NCBI RefSeq assembly: GCF_004010195.1
Contig: NC_057719.1
Coordinates: 88,791,405-88,855,404, forward strand
From: Chiloscyllium plagiosum
Lineage: Eukaryota
DNA length: 64,000 nucleotides
Direction of reading: 5' to 3'
The notes beneath the pieces were generated by a model that saw only the letters and a program-made list of their open reading frames with translations, was not told the origin of the DNA and did not search any database. Shown in pieces: positions 1-13,039 of this stretch. How positions within the stretch are numbered: position 1 is the first letter of the stretch; each line of letters begins with the position of its first letter. The position numbers and the translations under genes are program-made.

Positions 1-1600
1 ATTACAGAGGAGGAAGTGCTGGATGTCTTGAAACAGGTAAAGGTGGATAAGTCCCCAGGACCTGATCAGGTGTACCCTCGAACTCTGTGGGAAGCTAGAC
101 AAGTGACTGCTGGGCCTCTTGCTGAGATATTTGTATCATTGATAGTCACAGGTGAGGTGCCGGAAGACTGGAGGATGGCAAACGTGGTGCCACTGTTTAA
201 GAAGGGTGGTAAGGACAAGCCAGGGAACTATAGACCGTTGAGCCTCACCTTGATGGTGGGCAAGTTGTTGGAAGGAATCCTGAGGGACAGGGTGTACATG
301 TATTTGGAAAGGCAAGGACTGATTCGGGATAGTCAACATGGCTTTGTGCATGGGAAATCATGTCTCACAAACTTGATTGAGTTTTTTGAAGAAGTAACAA
401 AGAAGATTAATGAGGGCAGAGCAGTAGATATGATCCTAATGGACTTCAGTAAGGTGTTCGACTAGGTTCCCCATGGGATACTGATTAGCAAGGTTAGATC
501 TCATGGAATACAGGGAGAACGAGCCATTTGGATACAGAACTGGCTCAAAGGTAGAAGACAGAATGTGGTGGTGGAGGATTGTTTTTCAGACTGGAGGTCT
601 GTAACCAATGGAGTGCCACAAGGATCGGTGGTAGACCCTCTACTTTTTGTCATTTACGTAAATGATTGGGATGCGAGCATAACAGGCATAGTTAGTAAGT
701 TTGCAGATGGCACCAAAATTGGAGGTGTAGTGGACAGCGAAGGGGGTTACCTCAGATTACAATGGGATCTGGACCAGATGGGCCAATGGGCTGAGAAGTG
801 GCAGGTGGACTTTAATTCAGATAAATGTGAGGTGCTGCATTTTGGAAAAGCAATTCTTAGCAGGACTTATACACTTAATGGTAAGGTCCTAGGGAGTGTT
901 GCTGAACAAGAAGACCTTGGAGTGCAGGTTCACAGCTCCTTGAAAGTGGAGTCGCAGGTAGATAGGATAGTGAAGAAGGTGTTTGGTATGCTTTCCTTTA
1001 TTGGTCAAAGTATTGAGTACAGGGATTGGGAGGTAATGTTGCAGCTGTACAGGACATTGGTTAAGCCACTGTTGGAATATTGCGTGCATTTCTGGTCTCC
1101 TTCCTAACTTGAAAGGATTCAGAAAAGATTTACAAGGATGTTGCCAGGGTTGGAGGATCTGAGCTACAGGGAGAGGCTGCACAGGTTGGGGCTGTTTTCC
1201 CTGGAGCGTCGGAGGCTGAGGGGTGACCTTATAGGGGCTTACAAAATTATGAGGGGCATGGATAGGATAAGTAGACAAAGTCCTTTCCCTGGGGTCAGGA
1301 AGTCCAGAACTAGAGGACATAGGTTTAGGGTGAGAGGGGAAAGATATAAAAGAGACCTAAGGGGCAATGTTTTCATGCAGAGGGTGGTACGTGTATGGAA
1401 TGAGCTGCCAGAGGATGTGGTGGTGGCTAGTACTATTGCAACATTTAAGAGGTATTTGGATGGGTATATGAATAGGAAGGGTTTGGAGGGATATGGGCCG
1501 GGTGCTGGCAGGTGGGACTAGATTGGGTTGGGATATCTGGTCAGAATGGACCGGTTGGACCGAAGGGTCTGTTTCCATGCTGTACATCTCTACGACTCTA
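1..1600 (+). mobile_element. CR1 LINE, RT region to 3' end (decayed)
   Basis: KSPGPD, PGNYRP, SQHGF..GKSCLTNL, DFSK.FD, GVPQGSV, KFADGTK, LFSLERRRLRGDL. Ends in a ctctacgactcta-type tail. Confidence 0.95.
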
Positions 1601-1732
1601 AGAAATTCCAATGATCCAAAAATGTGAATGTTTCTCCCATATACCAGCTCTTCAGCCACACATTAATCTGCTCGATCCTCCTATTCCTACCCTCACTAGC
1701 TCATAGCACTGGGAGTAATCCAGATATTACTA

Positions 1733-2013
1733 ACTAGAGGGCATATATTTAGGGTGAGAGGGGAAAGATATAAAAGAGCCCTAAGGGGCAACTTTTTCAT
1801 ACAGAGGCTGGTACGTACATAGAATGAGCTGCCAGAGTAAGTGGTGGAGGCTAGTATAATTGCAACATTTAAGAGGCATTTGGATGGGTAAATGAACAGG
1901 AAGGGTTTGGAGGGATATGGGCCGGTGCTGGCAGGTTGGACTAGATTGGGTTGGGATATCTGGTTGGACCAAAGGGTCTGCTTCCGTGCTGTACATCTCT
2001 ATAACTCTATGAC
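1733..2013 (+). mobile_element. CR1 3' fragment
   Basis: Near copy of 1309-1600. Confidence 0.9.
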
Positions 2014-2019
2014 CTCCTT

Positions 2020-3290
2020 TTTAAATTCCTGCCGAACTCCCTGTAATCTCCATTCAGAATTTCATCCTTTTCCCTTCCTATGTCGTTGATACCAATGTAA
2101 CAGTGACCTTCTGCTGGTCCCTCTTACCTTTGAGAACATTTAGCACCCTCTGTGAGGCATCCTTGATCCTCATTCCAGGCAACACTCCATTCTGATTTTT
2201 TTGCTGCTGGCCAAAACGGCCCCTGACTAGTGAGTCCTTTAACACAATCAATCGCTTAGAACCCGATGTACCCCTCATTACAGTATAGCCAGCGTTGATA
2301 CCAGAAACTTGATTGTTCGTGCTACATTCCCCTGAAAGTCCATCATCCCTACATTTTCCAAAGCAGCACATTTTTTTTTTGAAATGGGGATAGCCACAGA
2401 ACACTCTTGTACAACCACCTACCTTTCTTGGAGTTAATCATGACTGTATCTGCGGCTTTTGTCCCTTCCTATAACTGCCATCCATCACACCCCCAGCTCT
2501 TGTAAATTCTTCATTGCCTCTAACTGTCGCTTCAACCGATCCATTCGATCTGACAGGATTCGCAACCAACATTTATTGCAGATATAATCCTCAGTAACCC
2601 GTAAACTCTCCCTAAACTCTCACATCCGACAAGAGGAGCATATCACTCTACTATAGGCTATTAGGCTTCCTCCAAGTTACAGACCCAGAAAATAGCACTG
2701 TCTTACTGCTCTACAAAACACTGCTCCAGGCTAACTTAATACTTATGGCATATACTTTTATAATTTAATCAAGAGACAGATCCCAATAAAAACATATAAT
2801 CAAGAACGAACCCACTCTACTCACTATTGTAGATTTACAGCAAGGCTCTACTTAAAACTATTCTCTTATCTGTTTCTGTGCTGTAACCTCTCCCAAGCAG
2901 GCTCTTCCAAGATCAGTTGTGAATTTTGCTGTTTGTTAAGTTTTCCTAGACACACTCTGATGTCCAGCGATACATGAATTCAAACAGCAAAGGCTGTAAC
3001 TGCGCAAATTCACTGCTGTGTCAGTTAGTAGTGTGGGTATCTTTCCCTCTCTCCCTTACAGACCATGTGCTTGCTGTCTTTGTCTGTCTTTCGCCTTTTT
3101 AACAGTGCTGTTGTTTTGACTTTTTTTTTCAAAGTTCCAAATGAATACTAATAGCATATAGAATACTAATTGCTGCTCATGGAATTCAAGGAAATCACCT
3201 CCAACACCTAAAATACCTCAATAAAGGAGCAGCCTGTTCCAGCCAAAACTTTTTCCCATCCTGTATCTTGGATTACCCAGAATCCTACAG
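2020..3290 (-). mobile_element. CR1 5' UTR and ORF1 (SGNH esterase-like) fragment
   Basis: LIVLKDSLVRG...LPGMRIKD..RVLNVLKG resembles the GDSIVR / CLPGARV ORF1 motifs of other copies in the window. The upper boundary is approximate. Confidence 0.65.
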
Positions 3291-3407
3291 AAGATTTCAA
3301 AGGTTTGGTTATCTATGAAGGAAATCTTTGAAATTAAAGTAGAATATTAGTTGCGAAATATTCTGAAGTATGATCACAAAATTACAGTCTGAATCTCATA
3401 ACTTTGT

Positions 3408-4372
3408 TTTTGGAGTCACATGTAGACCAGACCAGGTAAGGATGACAGATTTATTTCCCTAAAGGACATTAGTTCAGTAAATGGGTCTTGGTCACCACCA
3501 GGCTCGCTATTTATTTCAGATTTTTATCGAATACAAATTTCACCATCTCTCATGGTGGGAATTGAATCACTTCTCCAAAACATAATATTGCCAACCTCCA
3601 CAGAGGGTCTCAGAAACACTTGTCTTTCCCTCAACCGAGGACTCCCCAGTATCTTGGCTGACAGGGCCCTCAACAGTGTCCAACTCATCTCCCACACTTA
3701 TGCCCTGACTCCTTCTCTTTCCATCCCACAACAATTGGGTCCCCCGGTCCTCACTTACTAGATACATCTTCTACTGCCCTCCCCTGTCAGCATTCCTGAA
3801 GGGCCATTCCTTCTAGGAGTGGATCAGGATGTCCTCCTCTACTCCCAACACCCCCATGGCACCTTCCCATAGAAGGTGTAACACCTATCTGTTTACTTCC
3901 TCCCTCCTCACCATTCAAGGCTCAGGACACACCTTCCAGGTGAAGCAGTGATTTACCTGCACTTCGCTCAATCTAGTCTACTGTCTTAGCTGTTCACAAT
4001 CTTGTCTTCTCTACAGTGGGGAGACAAAATGCAGTCTGCATGACCGTTTTGCAGAACACCTGTGTCCTGTGTGCAAAAATGTCCCTGAGTTTCAGGTTGC
4101 ATCTCTCTCTTTTTCTCTCTCTCTCTCCAGGCTCCATCTCCACGAACCCCAACCCTTTCCCCTCAAAAAACAACCCATCTTCCCCATAAATACCACTTTT
4201 TTCTGGTGGCTCTGTTCTAATCATCAGATTCAAAATGTTAACTCTTATTTCTTCCCATAGATGCTGCCATACCTGCTGGGTTTCTCCAACAATTTCTGCT
4301 TTTGTTCCTCAGAACATTAACCTGGAGCTCTACTAGCCCTTTACTAGCCCAGTGACAATATCACAATGCCAA
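3408..4372 (-). mobile_element. tRNA-derived SINE split by a Penelope fragment
   Basis: On the minus strand an A-box-like TGGCATTGTGATATTG at 4372-4356 and a B-box-like GATTCAATTCCC near 3569-3557 are separated by the Penelope insert. Confidence 0.55.
3575..4305 (+). mobile_element. Penelope-like element, degraded 3' fragment
   Basis: Similar to 28956-30151: GIY-YIG region ctctacagtggggagac and terminal gatgctgcc...acctgctg. Confidence 0.7.
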
Positions 4373-4799
4373 TACCTTCCTCTGAGGGTACTGAAAGGAC
4401 TAGCAGGTTACTGAAAAGATCAGTGCTTGGATGTCAGCTATTTACAATCATCAGGGAGGGTTACAAAGAGGTTTGACTGGGATGTTGGCAGGTTAAACGC
4501 ATGAAAAAGTGGCACATGGAAAGTAATGTGGAAAAATACAAAGTTATGTGCATTAGTAGGAAAGCGGAATATATTTTAAATGATGAAAAACTGTAATATG
4601 TTGTACACACATCACAGAAGTGAATACGCTGCAAGGAATTTGAAAAGCAAATTGGTTGTCATGGTCCCTTTCCAACCAACAATGTTGAGAAGGTTCTCTT
4701 GACTCATAACTGGTACAAGGCGGCTATCATGTCAGAAGATTTATCGACTGCCCGTGAGCACAGGTCTAATATCTGTAAAGATTGTTGCTTTCGTCAACA

Positions 4800-6425
4800 G
4801 AAATAGTGCCAGAAGTCTGGAGGATAGCAAATGTTGTCCCCTTTTCAAGAAGGAGAGTAGAGACAACCCTGGTAAATATAGACCAGTGAGCCTTACATTG
4901 GTTGAGGGTAAAGTGTTAGAAAGGATTATAAGAGAATTTATAATCATCTAGAAAGGAATAATTTGATTAGGGATAGTCAAAGTGGTTTTGAGATAGGTCA
5001 TGCCTCACAAACCTTATTGAGTTCTTTGAGAAAGTGACCAAACAGGTAGATGAGGGTAAAGCTGTCGATGTGGTGTATATGGATTTCAGTAAAGCATTTG
5101 ATAAGGCTGTTGCACAAGTACAGAGACATGGGATTGAGGGTGATTTAGGGGTTTGGATCAGAAATTGGCTAGCTGAAAGAAGACAGAGGACTGATGGGAA
5201 ATGTTCATCCTGGAGTTCAGTTACTAGTGGTGTCCCACAAGGATCTGTTTGGGGCCAATGCTGAAATGACCCGGATGAAGGTGTAGAAAGAGGAGTTAGT
5301 AAAATCGCGAATGACACTAAAAGTTGGTGGAGTTGTGGGCAGTGTGGAAGGATGTTGCTGGTTAAAGAGGGACAAAGATAAGCTACAAAGCGGGCTGAGA
5401 GGTGGCAAATGGAGTTTAATGCGGAAAAGTGTGAGGTGATTCACTTCGGAAGGAGTAACAGGAGTGCTAGGCCAATGGTAAGATTCTTGGCAGTGACGAT
5501 GAGCAGAATGATCTCGGCATTCGAATGCATAGATCCCTGAATGTTGCCACCCAGGTTGATAGGGTTAAAAAGGTGCATGGTGTACTAGCTTTTATTGGTA
5601 GAGGGATTGAATATTGGAGCCATGAGGTTATGCTTTAGCTGTACCAAACTCTGGTGCAGCTGTACTCGGAGTATTACGTACAGTTCTGGTCGCTGCATTA
5701 TCGGAAGGATATGGAAGTATTGGAAAGGGTTCAGAGGAGATTTACTAGGATGTTGCCTGGTATGGAGGTAAAGTCTTATGAGGAAAGACTGAGGCACTTG
5801 AGGCTGTTTTTGTTAAAGAGAAGAAGATTAAGAGGTGACTTAATTGAGGCAAACAAGGTGATCAGAGGATTAGATAGGGTAGAGGCCTTTTTCCTCGGAT
5901 GGTGATGGCTAGCACAAGGGTACATAGCTTCAAACTGAAGGGTGATAGATAAAGGACAGATGTCAGATGTAGGTTCTTTTCTGGGAGAGTAGTAAAAGCG
6001 TGGAATGCCCTGCCTACAACAGTAGTAGACTCGCCAACTTTAAGGACTCTTAAATGGTCATGGGATAAATATGTGGATGATAATGGAATTGTGTAGGTTA
6101 GATTTAGATGAGATTAGATTACAGTGTGGAAACAGGCCCTTCGGCCCATCAAGACCACACCGACCCGCCGAAGCGAAACCCACCCCATACCCCTACATTT
6201 ACCCCTTACCTAACACTACGGGCAATTTAGTATGGCCAATTCACCTGACCCTGCACATCTTTGGACTGTGGGAGGAAACCCACGCAGACACGGGTAGAAC
6301 GTGCAAACTCCACACAGTCAGTCGCCTGAGGCGGGAATTGAATGTTAGATGGGCTTCAGATCGCTTTCATGGGTCAGCGCAACATCGAGGGCCGAATGGC
6401 CTGTATTGTGCTGTGCTGTATGGTT
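4800..6425 (+). mobile_element. CR1 RT to 3' end, interrupted by an HE1 SINE
   Basis: DNPGKYRPVSLT, VDVVYMDFSKAFDK, SGVPQGSV, KRRRLRGDL. Confidence 0.9.
6100..6341 (-). mobile_element. HE1-type V-SINE, 5'-truncated
   Basis: Reverse complement of most of 23810-24073, with an (AGATT)n tail on the plus strand. Confidence 0.85.
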
Positions 6426-6427
6426 AT

Positions 6428-7822
6428 CGAGTCATAGAGATGTACAGCATTGAAACAGACCCTTCGGTCCAACCCGTCCATGCCGACCAGATAGCCCAAC
6501 CCAATCTAGTCCCACCTGCCAGCACCCAGCCCATATCCCTCCAAACCCTTCCTATTCATATACCCATCCAAATGCCTTTTAAAAGTTTCAATTGTACCAG
6601 CCTCCATCACTTCCTCGGGCAGCTCATTCCATACACGTACCACCCTCTGTGTGAAAAGGTTGTCCCTGAGGTCTCTTTTATATCTTTCCCCATCTCACCC
6701 TACACCTCCAATTTTGGTGTCATCTGCAAACTTACTAACCGTACCTCTTCTGCTCACATCCAAATCATTTATGGAAATGACAAAAAGTAGTGGACCCAGC
6801 ACCGATCCTTGTAGCACTTCACTGATCACAGGCCTCCAGTCTAAAAAACAACCCTCCACCATCACCCTCAGTCTTCTATCTTTGAGCCAGTTCTGTATTC
6901 AAATGACTAGCTCTTCTTGTATTCCATGAGATCTAACCTTGATAACCAGTCTCCCATGGGGAACCTTGTCGAACGCCTAACTGAAGTCCATATAGATCAC
7001 ATCTACCACTCTGCCCTCATCAATCCTTTGTTACTTCTTCAAAAAACTCAATCAAGTTGGTGAGACATGATTTCCCACGCACAAAGCCATGTTGACTATC
7101 CCTAATCAGACCTTGCCTTTCTAAATACATGTACATCCTGTTCCTCAGGATTCCCTCCAACAACTTGCCCACCACCAAAGTCAGGCTCACTGGTCTATAG
7201 TTCCCTGGCTTGTCCTTATCCCCTTAAACAGTGGCACCACGTTTGCCAACCTCCAGTCTTCTGGCACCTAACCTGTGACTATCGATAATACAAGAGGCCC
7301 AGCAATCACTTTTCTAGTTCCCACAGAGTTCTAGGGTACACCTGATCAGGTCCTGGGATTTATCTACCTTTATGCGTTTCAAGACATCCAGCACTTCCTC
7401 CTCTGTAATATGGACATTTTGCAAGGTGTCACCATCTATTTTCCGACATTTTATATCTTCCATATCCTTTTCCACAGTAAACACTGATGCAAAATAGTTG
7501 TTTAGTATCTCCCCCATTTCCACACAAAGGCTGCCTTGTTGATCTTTGAGGGGCCTTATTCTCTCCCTAGTTACCCTTTTATCCTTAATGTATTTGTAAA
7601 AACCTTTTGGATTCTCCTTAGCACTATTTGCCAAAGCTATCTCACGTTTCCTTTTTGTCCTCCTGATTTCTCTCTTAAGTATACTCCTACTGCCTTTATA
7701 TTCTTCTAAGGATTCACTCGATCCAGCCTGTCTATACCCTACAGGTGCTTCCTTCTTTTTCTTAACCAAACCCTCAATTTCTTTAGTCATCCAGCATTCC
7801 CTATACCTACCAGCCTTTCCTT
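6428..7822 (-). mobile_element. CR1 ORF2 fragments with an internal deletion
   Basis: 3' end gagtcatagagatgtacagc. ORF KENPKGFYKYIKDKRVTRERI...LNNYFASVFT. Confidence 0.9.
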
Positions 7823-8572
7823 GTTCTATGTTTTATTTTGTGCTTTTTACAATTTGTGTGCTGAAATGAAGAAAAGGAGTATTTTAAATTATTGCTGTGT
7901 GTCCTGACATCTGCTCACATAGAACTTCACTGATCACAGGCCTCAAGTCTTGTAAACAACTGTTTGAACAATCAATAACTGAAGTTTTGATCGCAGAAGT
8001 GAAGTCGAGGGGTTGTATACAGATGCAACTAGGTGGCAACAAGAAGTTGATTGATCCTGGGACAAATGACCAGTTATTGATGATGAAAGTCTTTTGGCTG
8101 CCAAGAACCATGCAATTGGTTCTCAAGTAACTGAACAGCGTGGCACTCAGAACAAGATATAGAGAGAAGTGTTTTGATCTCCACCAGTTCAGGAGCTGTC
8201 TCTGTGTTCAAAACGTATGTTAAACCTGAAGAAAACCAATTTATCTTTCCTGCAGTTAACATAAGCTGAGACTTTATTGATAAGTCAAATACCTCCTATG
8301 GAATAACCAGAATAACCAGTCTTCTAGTCTTCTATCTCTTGCAAACCAGTGGAAGCATCCAGAGAAAGATAACTAAAACGCAACATTCTGACCAGTATAA
8401 GGACCATCTCAACAACCTGTGAATAAGAACCAAACTGCCTCCCAGTTCCCATAATGATTTCCTTGTCTGCACATTTTGTGTTTTGCATTTATCAAGGGAT
8501 TGGAGTTGTAATTTGTACTGTTATGTGCCATCTGTTTACATGTAGCTTGAGTCTAATTATTTGAAATAAATA

Positions 8573-8692
8573 ACACCATCAGGTGGTGAAGGAGCAGCAC
8601 TCTGAAAGCTAGTGCTTCCAATTAAACCTGTAACTTGGTGTTGTGTGATTTTTAGCTTTGTACACCCCACTCCAACACCAAATCTCTCAATC
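8573..8692 (+). mobile_element. Short Penelope-derived insert with a degenerate hammerhead core
   Basis: 12-bp TSD ttgaaataaata at 8561-8572 and 8693-8704. Contains gtggtgaaggagcagcactctgaaagct. Confidence 0.6.
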
Positions 8693-8999
8693 TTGAAATA
8701 AATAGTAATTCTTCTTAAGTACAAAAACCTGACCTGTGCTCTCTACCAACCTGGGCCTGGAAATCAGGCGAAGTGGTGAATTCTGGTGACAACTCTGAAT
8801 TGTGGAGCTTGACCTTCAAAGCATCATCCCATTGAGTCATGGCATGTTGGGTGTAGCCAATACTATTTAAAGGCAAGCTGCACTTCCTTAAAGGTGCACT
8901 GAGGTAGCAAGGAGTGGGAGTCATTTGAAGACTAAACCTACTCAGACATTAAGGAATGGTTAAACATGAGAAAATGCACCATAGTTTTATGACAAGGTT

Positions 9000-9830
9000 C
9001 TAGTACCATTAACATCATACAGAACCCCCATGAGGTTTGTCAAGCAAATGATGATACTGAGTCACGGGGTGTTATTAGATCCAATGATCAAAAGCTTGAT
9101 GAAACAGACATGTAACAAGGAAGCAAGGTGGGGTACAGAGGCACAGAGAGAGTTAGGGAGGGAATTCTAGAGTTTGAGGCCTAGGCAATTGAAATGATAG
9201 AGCAAGAATAATTGGGAATGTGCAAGGAGCCAGAATTAGAGGAACGTAGACAGAGATTATGAGGTTAGAGAAGATTACAGAGATAGGTAGGAATGACACT
9301 CTATTGTGATTTAAAGATAAAAATTGGAATTTAAAATCAAGACTTTGCTTGATCCAGAGTTGGCGGACACAGGGACATTAGGAGAAATGACTTGCTACGA
9401 GTTAAAACACGAGCAGCATTATTTTGAATGGGCTCAAGTTTACAGAGAATAGTATGTGGGAGATCAATCAGGAGTGAACTGGAATAGTCACATCCAGTAA
9501 TAACAAAGGCACGAAGGAGGCTTTCAGCAGCCCGAGACAAAACATGGGGTTAAATTAAACAACAGAGCTGGAAGCTAGCGATCTTAGAAATAGCACAAAT
9601 ATGAGGTTGGAAGCTCATCTTAGGGTCACAGACCGGCTTAATCACAGACCGTTGCCTAGAGAGGGATGGAGTTGGTTGGTAGACATTGGAATTTAGAGCT
9701 GGAATGAAAACAATGATTTCTGTCTCCCAGCATTTAATTCGAATAAATGTTTGCTCACTCAGTACTGGATGTCAAATGAGCAGTCAGATAACTCAGTAGC
9801 AATGGTGAACTAGAGCTGGGACAATGAATT
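9000..9830 (-). mobile_element. L2-clade LINE 3' region, degraded
   Basis: LLRAFVITGCDYSSSLLIDLP...KLEPIQNNAARVLT resembles the L2 C-terminal AFVTSRLDY.NSLL..LP...LQ..QN.AAR.LT. Confidence 0.75.
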
Positions 9831-9967
9831 AGAGTTGTTGGTGAAAAAAGTGGAAAGGAGAAAAGTCCTATATCTGGAATGAGCATGAGGCTCTCCAGAA
9901 AGATGTTCAGGATGCAATGAAAAGAAGTAGGCATGGACTGAAGTGTTACAAGTCTTGCCCCAACATC

Positions 9968-10062
9968 TTGAAGAAGGGCTTATGCCTGAAACGTCGATTC
10001 TCCGGCTCCTTGGATGCTGCCTGACCTGCTGCGCTTTTCCAGCAACACATTTTTCAGTTTTA
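9968..10062 (+). mobile_element. Short Penelope terminal-repeat insert starting at the hammerhead motif
   Basis: 10-bp TSD ccccaacatc at 9958-9967 and 10063-10072. Confidence 0.8.
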
Positions 10063-10654
10063 CCCCAACATCACCAATGCACTGTTGAAAGAAGTTGAAC
10101 ATTCTTACTCAAATTCTCAAAACAGGTAATTCAACTTCAAGTGGCTTATCCCTTCCATTGCTGCAATAGGCTTGTTCCCTCAACCCAAATCACCCATATA
10201 TCAACAATCTCTACCAATACCCAATCTCTGCCAATGTGTACCCAAGCCTCTAATCCTATCCATTTACTATGATTCTGAAAAAACTGTATCAAAAGAAATC
10301 AATAATTTGTTGTTGACTATAGTACTAAAACCCAATTATTTCTCTCTCTATAGCTGATGTTCCAACCTGCTGACTAGTTCCAGAAATGTCTGCACTTCAG
10401 ATTCATAGCTTCTATAGCATTTTGCTTAATCTAAGTGGTTTGCCTGCAACACAGAGTGTTTGATGGACTCTGAGATAATGTCATTGACCTCTTGGGAAAA
10501 TGAAGGGAGCCAAAAGGTAAAAAATGCTTCAGTAAGACAGTACATAACAAGTAAAATAGCTATTTATTGAGGAATTCAATTACCTCAAGGATTGAACAGA
10601 ATTCAAGTTAACCAAACACACAGCTATGATTCTAAATAATTAATAAACTGGGAT

Positions 10655-10918
10655 TCAAATTTTGTGCGAAGGCCTAGATGCATGGCACTCATCCACTGAT
10701 TCAGTCAACAAGCACATCGACCTGGACCCAATATACCAACCACTGCAGAGGACAGCTGGAACTGACAACCGGAAGCGGTAGATTCAAACTACTACAAATG
10801 CCGGAGGAAAGATCACAGAAGTGCTTCACAGGAGGCTCCCAAGCACTGAGGATGTCACCTAGACAGGGGACGAAACGTCTGCAATACAAATTACCAGCTC
10901 GGCGAACAGAACCACAAC
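10655..10918 (+). mobile_element. Penelope 3' fragment (family of 20486-21298)
   Basis: 13-bp TSD aataaactgggat at 10642-10654 and 10919-10931. Highly similar to 21054-21298. Confidence 0.85.
10843..10882 (+). ncRNA. Minimal type I hammerhead ribozyme motif
   Basis: gca-CTGAGGA-t-gtcacct(agac)aggggac-GAAAC-GTC-tgc: intact core, stem II, GUC triplet and a 3-bp stem I. Confidence 0.75.
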
Positions 10919-11930
10919 AATAAACTGGGATAAATATATAATTTGGTAAATAAAAAATAATTTTCTTTTTTTAGATTATGCATGTTACATCAAGATACTA
11001 AATTTCTCTAATTATGAGACAATACACTTTGTCAGAACCTATTCTAATCTCATTTATTAACAGTACAGAGAAGCTCCAATTTCAATCTGAGACTTTAACA
11101 AAGATAAGTTAACTTCAAATTCTTTTGGAGTAAATCACCTTCAGTTTCAGAATAATGAGTGATAGAAATACATCCCCAAGACTTCAGAATCCTCTTAACA
11201 ATGAAGTATGTCAGAAAAACTAATAATTATAAATTTTATTTTTCATAGTTAAAGACCAATAAACAGACTGTTACAAGACTAGCAGTGGGTTTCACAGTTT
11301 CTTTCTTTAACCATATTTGACAGCAGTCACTCCAAAACCATTCTATAAACCCATCTAACAATATTAAACAATGTATTTTATAACCCCTCCATTGCACAAT
11401 CGTTCACTGAAACAACAAAAACAAATGTAGAAACCTACAGAAGGCTGAGTGACGTGGGCTATGCCTGGATGTATGGCATAATTGGACAACAAATGCAGTT
11501 GGACCCATCTCAACATTGAGAGCAATTCACACCATTTTTTAATGCTTTCCACAGCGGCATGGTGAGTTTTTTTTTAAAACCAGGAAGTGACGAATTGTCA
11601 ATGAGCCAACCCACCTAGTGATAGGGAACTGGACACCCAACATCTCAGCTCAGACTCAGTACGCATACCTAAGTCCACAGATATTATCACCTGATATGTA
11701 TCACCCTCTAAGAACCTACATGGCATACCTGTAGCTCACTTACAGGATGCTTATGCATTTAAATGCTGGATCTTGGGGTGATAGCTACCATTGTACCTCT
11801 TCATTCAGGGGGACACACCCAGCTTAAGGATTGGATAAGGCTGCATCTTTGCTCACTCTCATAGCATTTACTCATGGATGCCTCCATGGATGCTCACAGC
11901 ATCCCTGCCTTGCATAGTCTTGTCTTGCCT

Positions 11931-12570
11931 TAGACTATAAGACCATAGGAGGAGGCCATGGGCCATTCAGCCCACTGAGTTTGCTCTGCTATTTGATTAT
12001 GGCTAATGTGTTCCATTAGACCATAGACTATAAGATGTAAGAGCAGAATTAGGCCATTCAGTCTATTGAGTCTACTCTGCCATTCAACCATAGTTGAAAG
12101 TTTCTCAACCCCATTCTTCTGCCTCTTTCCCATAACCCTTGATCCTCTTACTAATCAAGAACCTATCTATCGCTGTCTTAAATACATTCAATGACTTGGC
12201 CTCCACAGCTCTTTGTGGCAATGAGTTCTACAGACTAAGTACCCTTTGGCTGAAGACATTCCCCCTCGTCTCAGTTCTAAAGGGTTGCCTCTTCCCTTGG
12301 AGGTTGTGCACTAGCGTCATAGTCTCTCCTACTAATGGAAACATCTTTACACTCCTCTCAGTATTCTATAAGTTTCAATCCGATCCCTCCTCATCCTTCT
12401 AAACTCCACTGAGTACAGACCCAGACTCCTCAACTGCTCCTCAGACTGCAAGCCTTCAACCCTGGGATCATTGCTGTAAACCTCCGCTGAACCTCCTCTA
12501 AAGCCAGCACTTCCTTTCTTATAGAAAGGGCCGAAAACTGCTCACAATAATCAAATGCAGTCAGACCAGT
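11931..12570 (-). mobile_element. Older CR1 3' fragments (two stacked 3' ends)
   Basis: Two tagactataaga...ggccattcag 3' termini (11931 and about 12025), followed by CR1 3' coding sequence. Confidence 0.75.
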
Positions 12571-12629
12571 TTTTTTGTGCTTGGTGTTTCAGACACAGAT
12601 ACCAGGCTCATATTACTGTTGAATAAAAA

Positions 12630-13030
12630 TAGAAAGAACTATTGATGCTGTAAATCAGGAAAAAAAAACGCAGAAATTGCTGGAAAAGCTCAGCAGGCTT
12701 GGCAGCATCTGTGGAGAGAAATCAGAATTAACTTTTCGAGTCAAGTGACCCTTCATCATAACTGATGGTAAAGTGTTGGTTTATACCCAGAAGACACATT
12801 GGGTGGGGGTGGGGGAGAGAGAGAGTGTTTGAAGGAGTAAATGGTAGGTGGGGATATAGCCCATAGTCAGAGAAAACTGGTTGTGTGTTACTCTTTGGAG
12901 GATTGGTGTGGACTTGTTGGGCTGAAGGACCTGTTTCCACATTGTATGCAATCTAATCTAATCTAAAAAACAGTTGGACAGACAAAGGAGTAGATAATGA
13001 TCCAGGTATGAAAAGATGAGGTTGGAATGG
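12630..13030 (-). mobile_element. Penelope terminal fragment containing an HE1 3' fragment (about 12885-12964, +)
   Basis: ctggaaaagctcagcagg...gcagcatc and a degenerate hammerhead at 12730-12762. HE1 tail aatctaatctaatct. Confidence 0.65.
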
Positions 13031-13039
13031 GTCGGGGGA

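Noticed and set aside
6071..6790. 239-aa plus-strand ORF
   Set aside because: It runs across a CR1 tail, an antisense HE1 SINE and an antisense CR1, so it is a chance read-through.
7860..8800. Possible solo LTR
   Set aside because: The composition is LTR-like, but I could not define TG...CA termini or a TSD.
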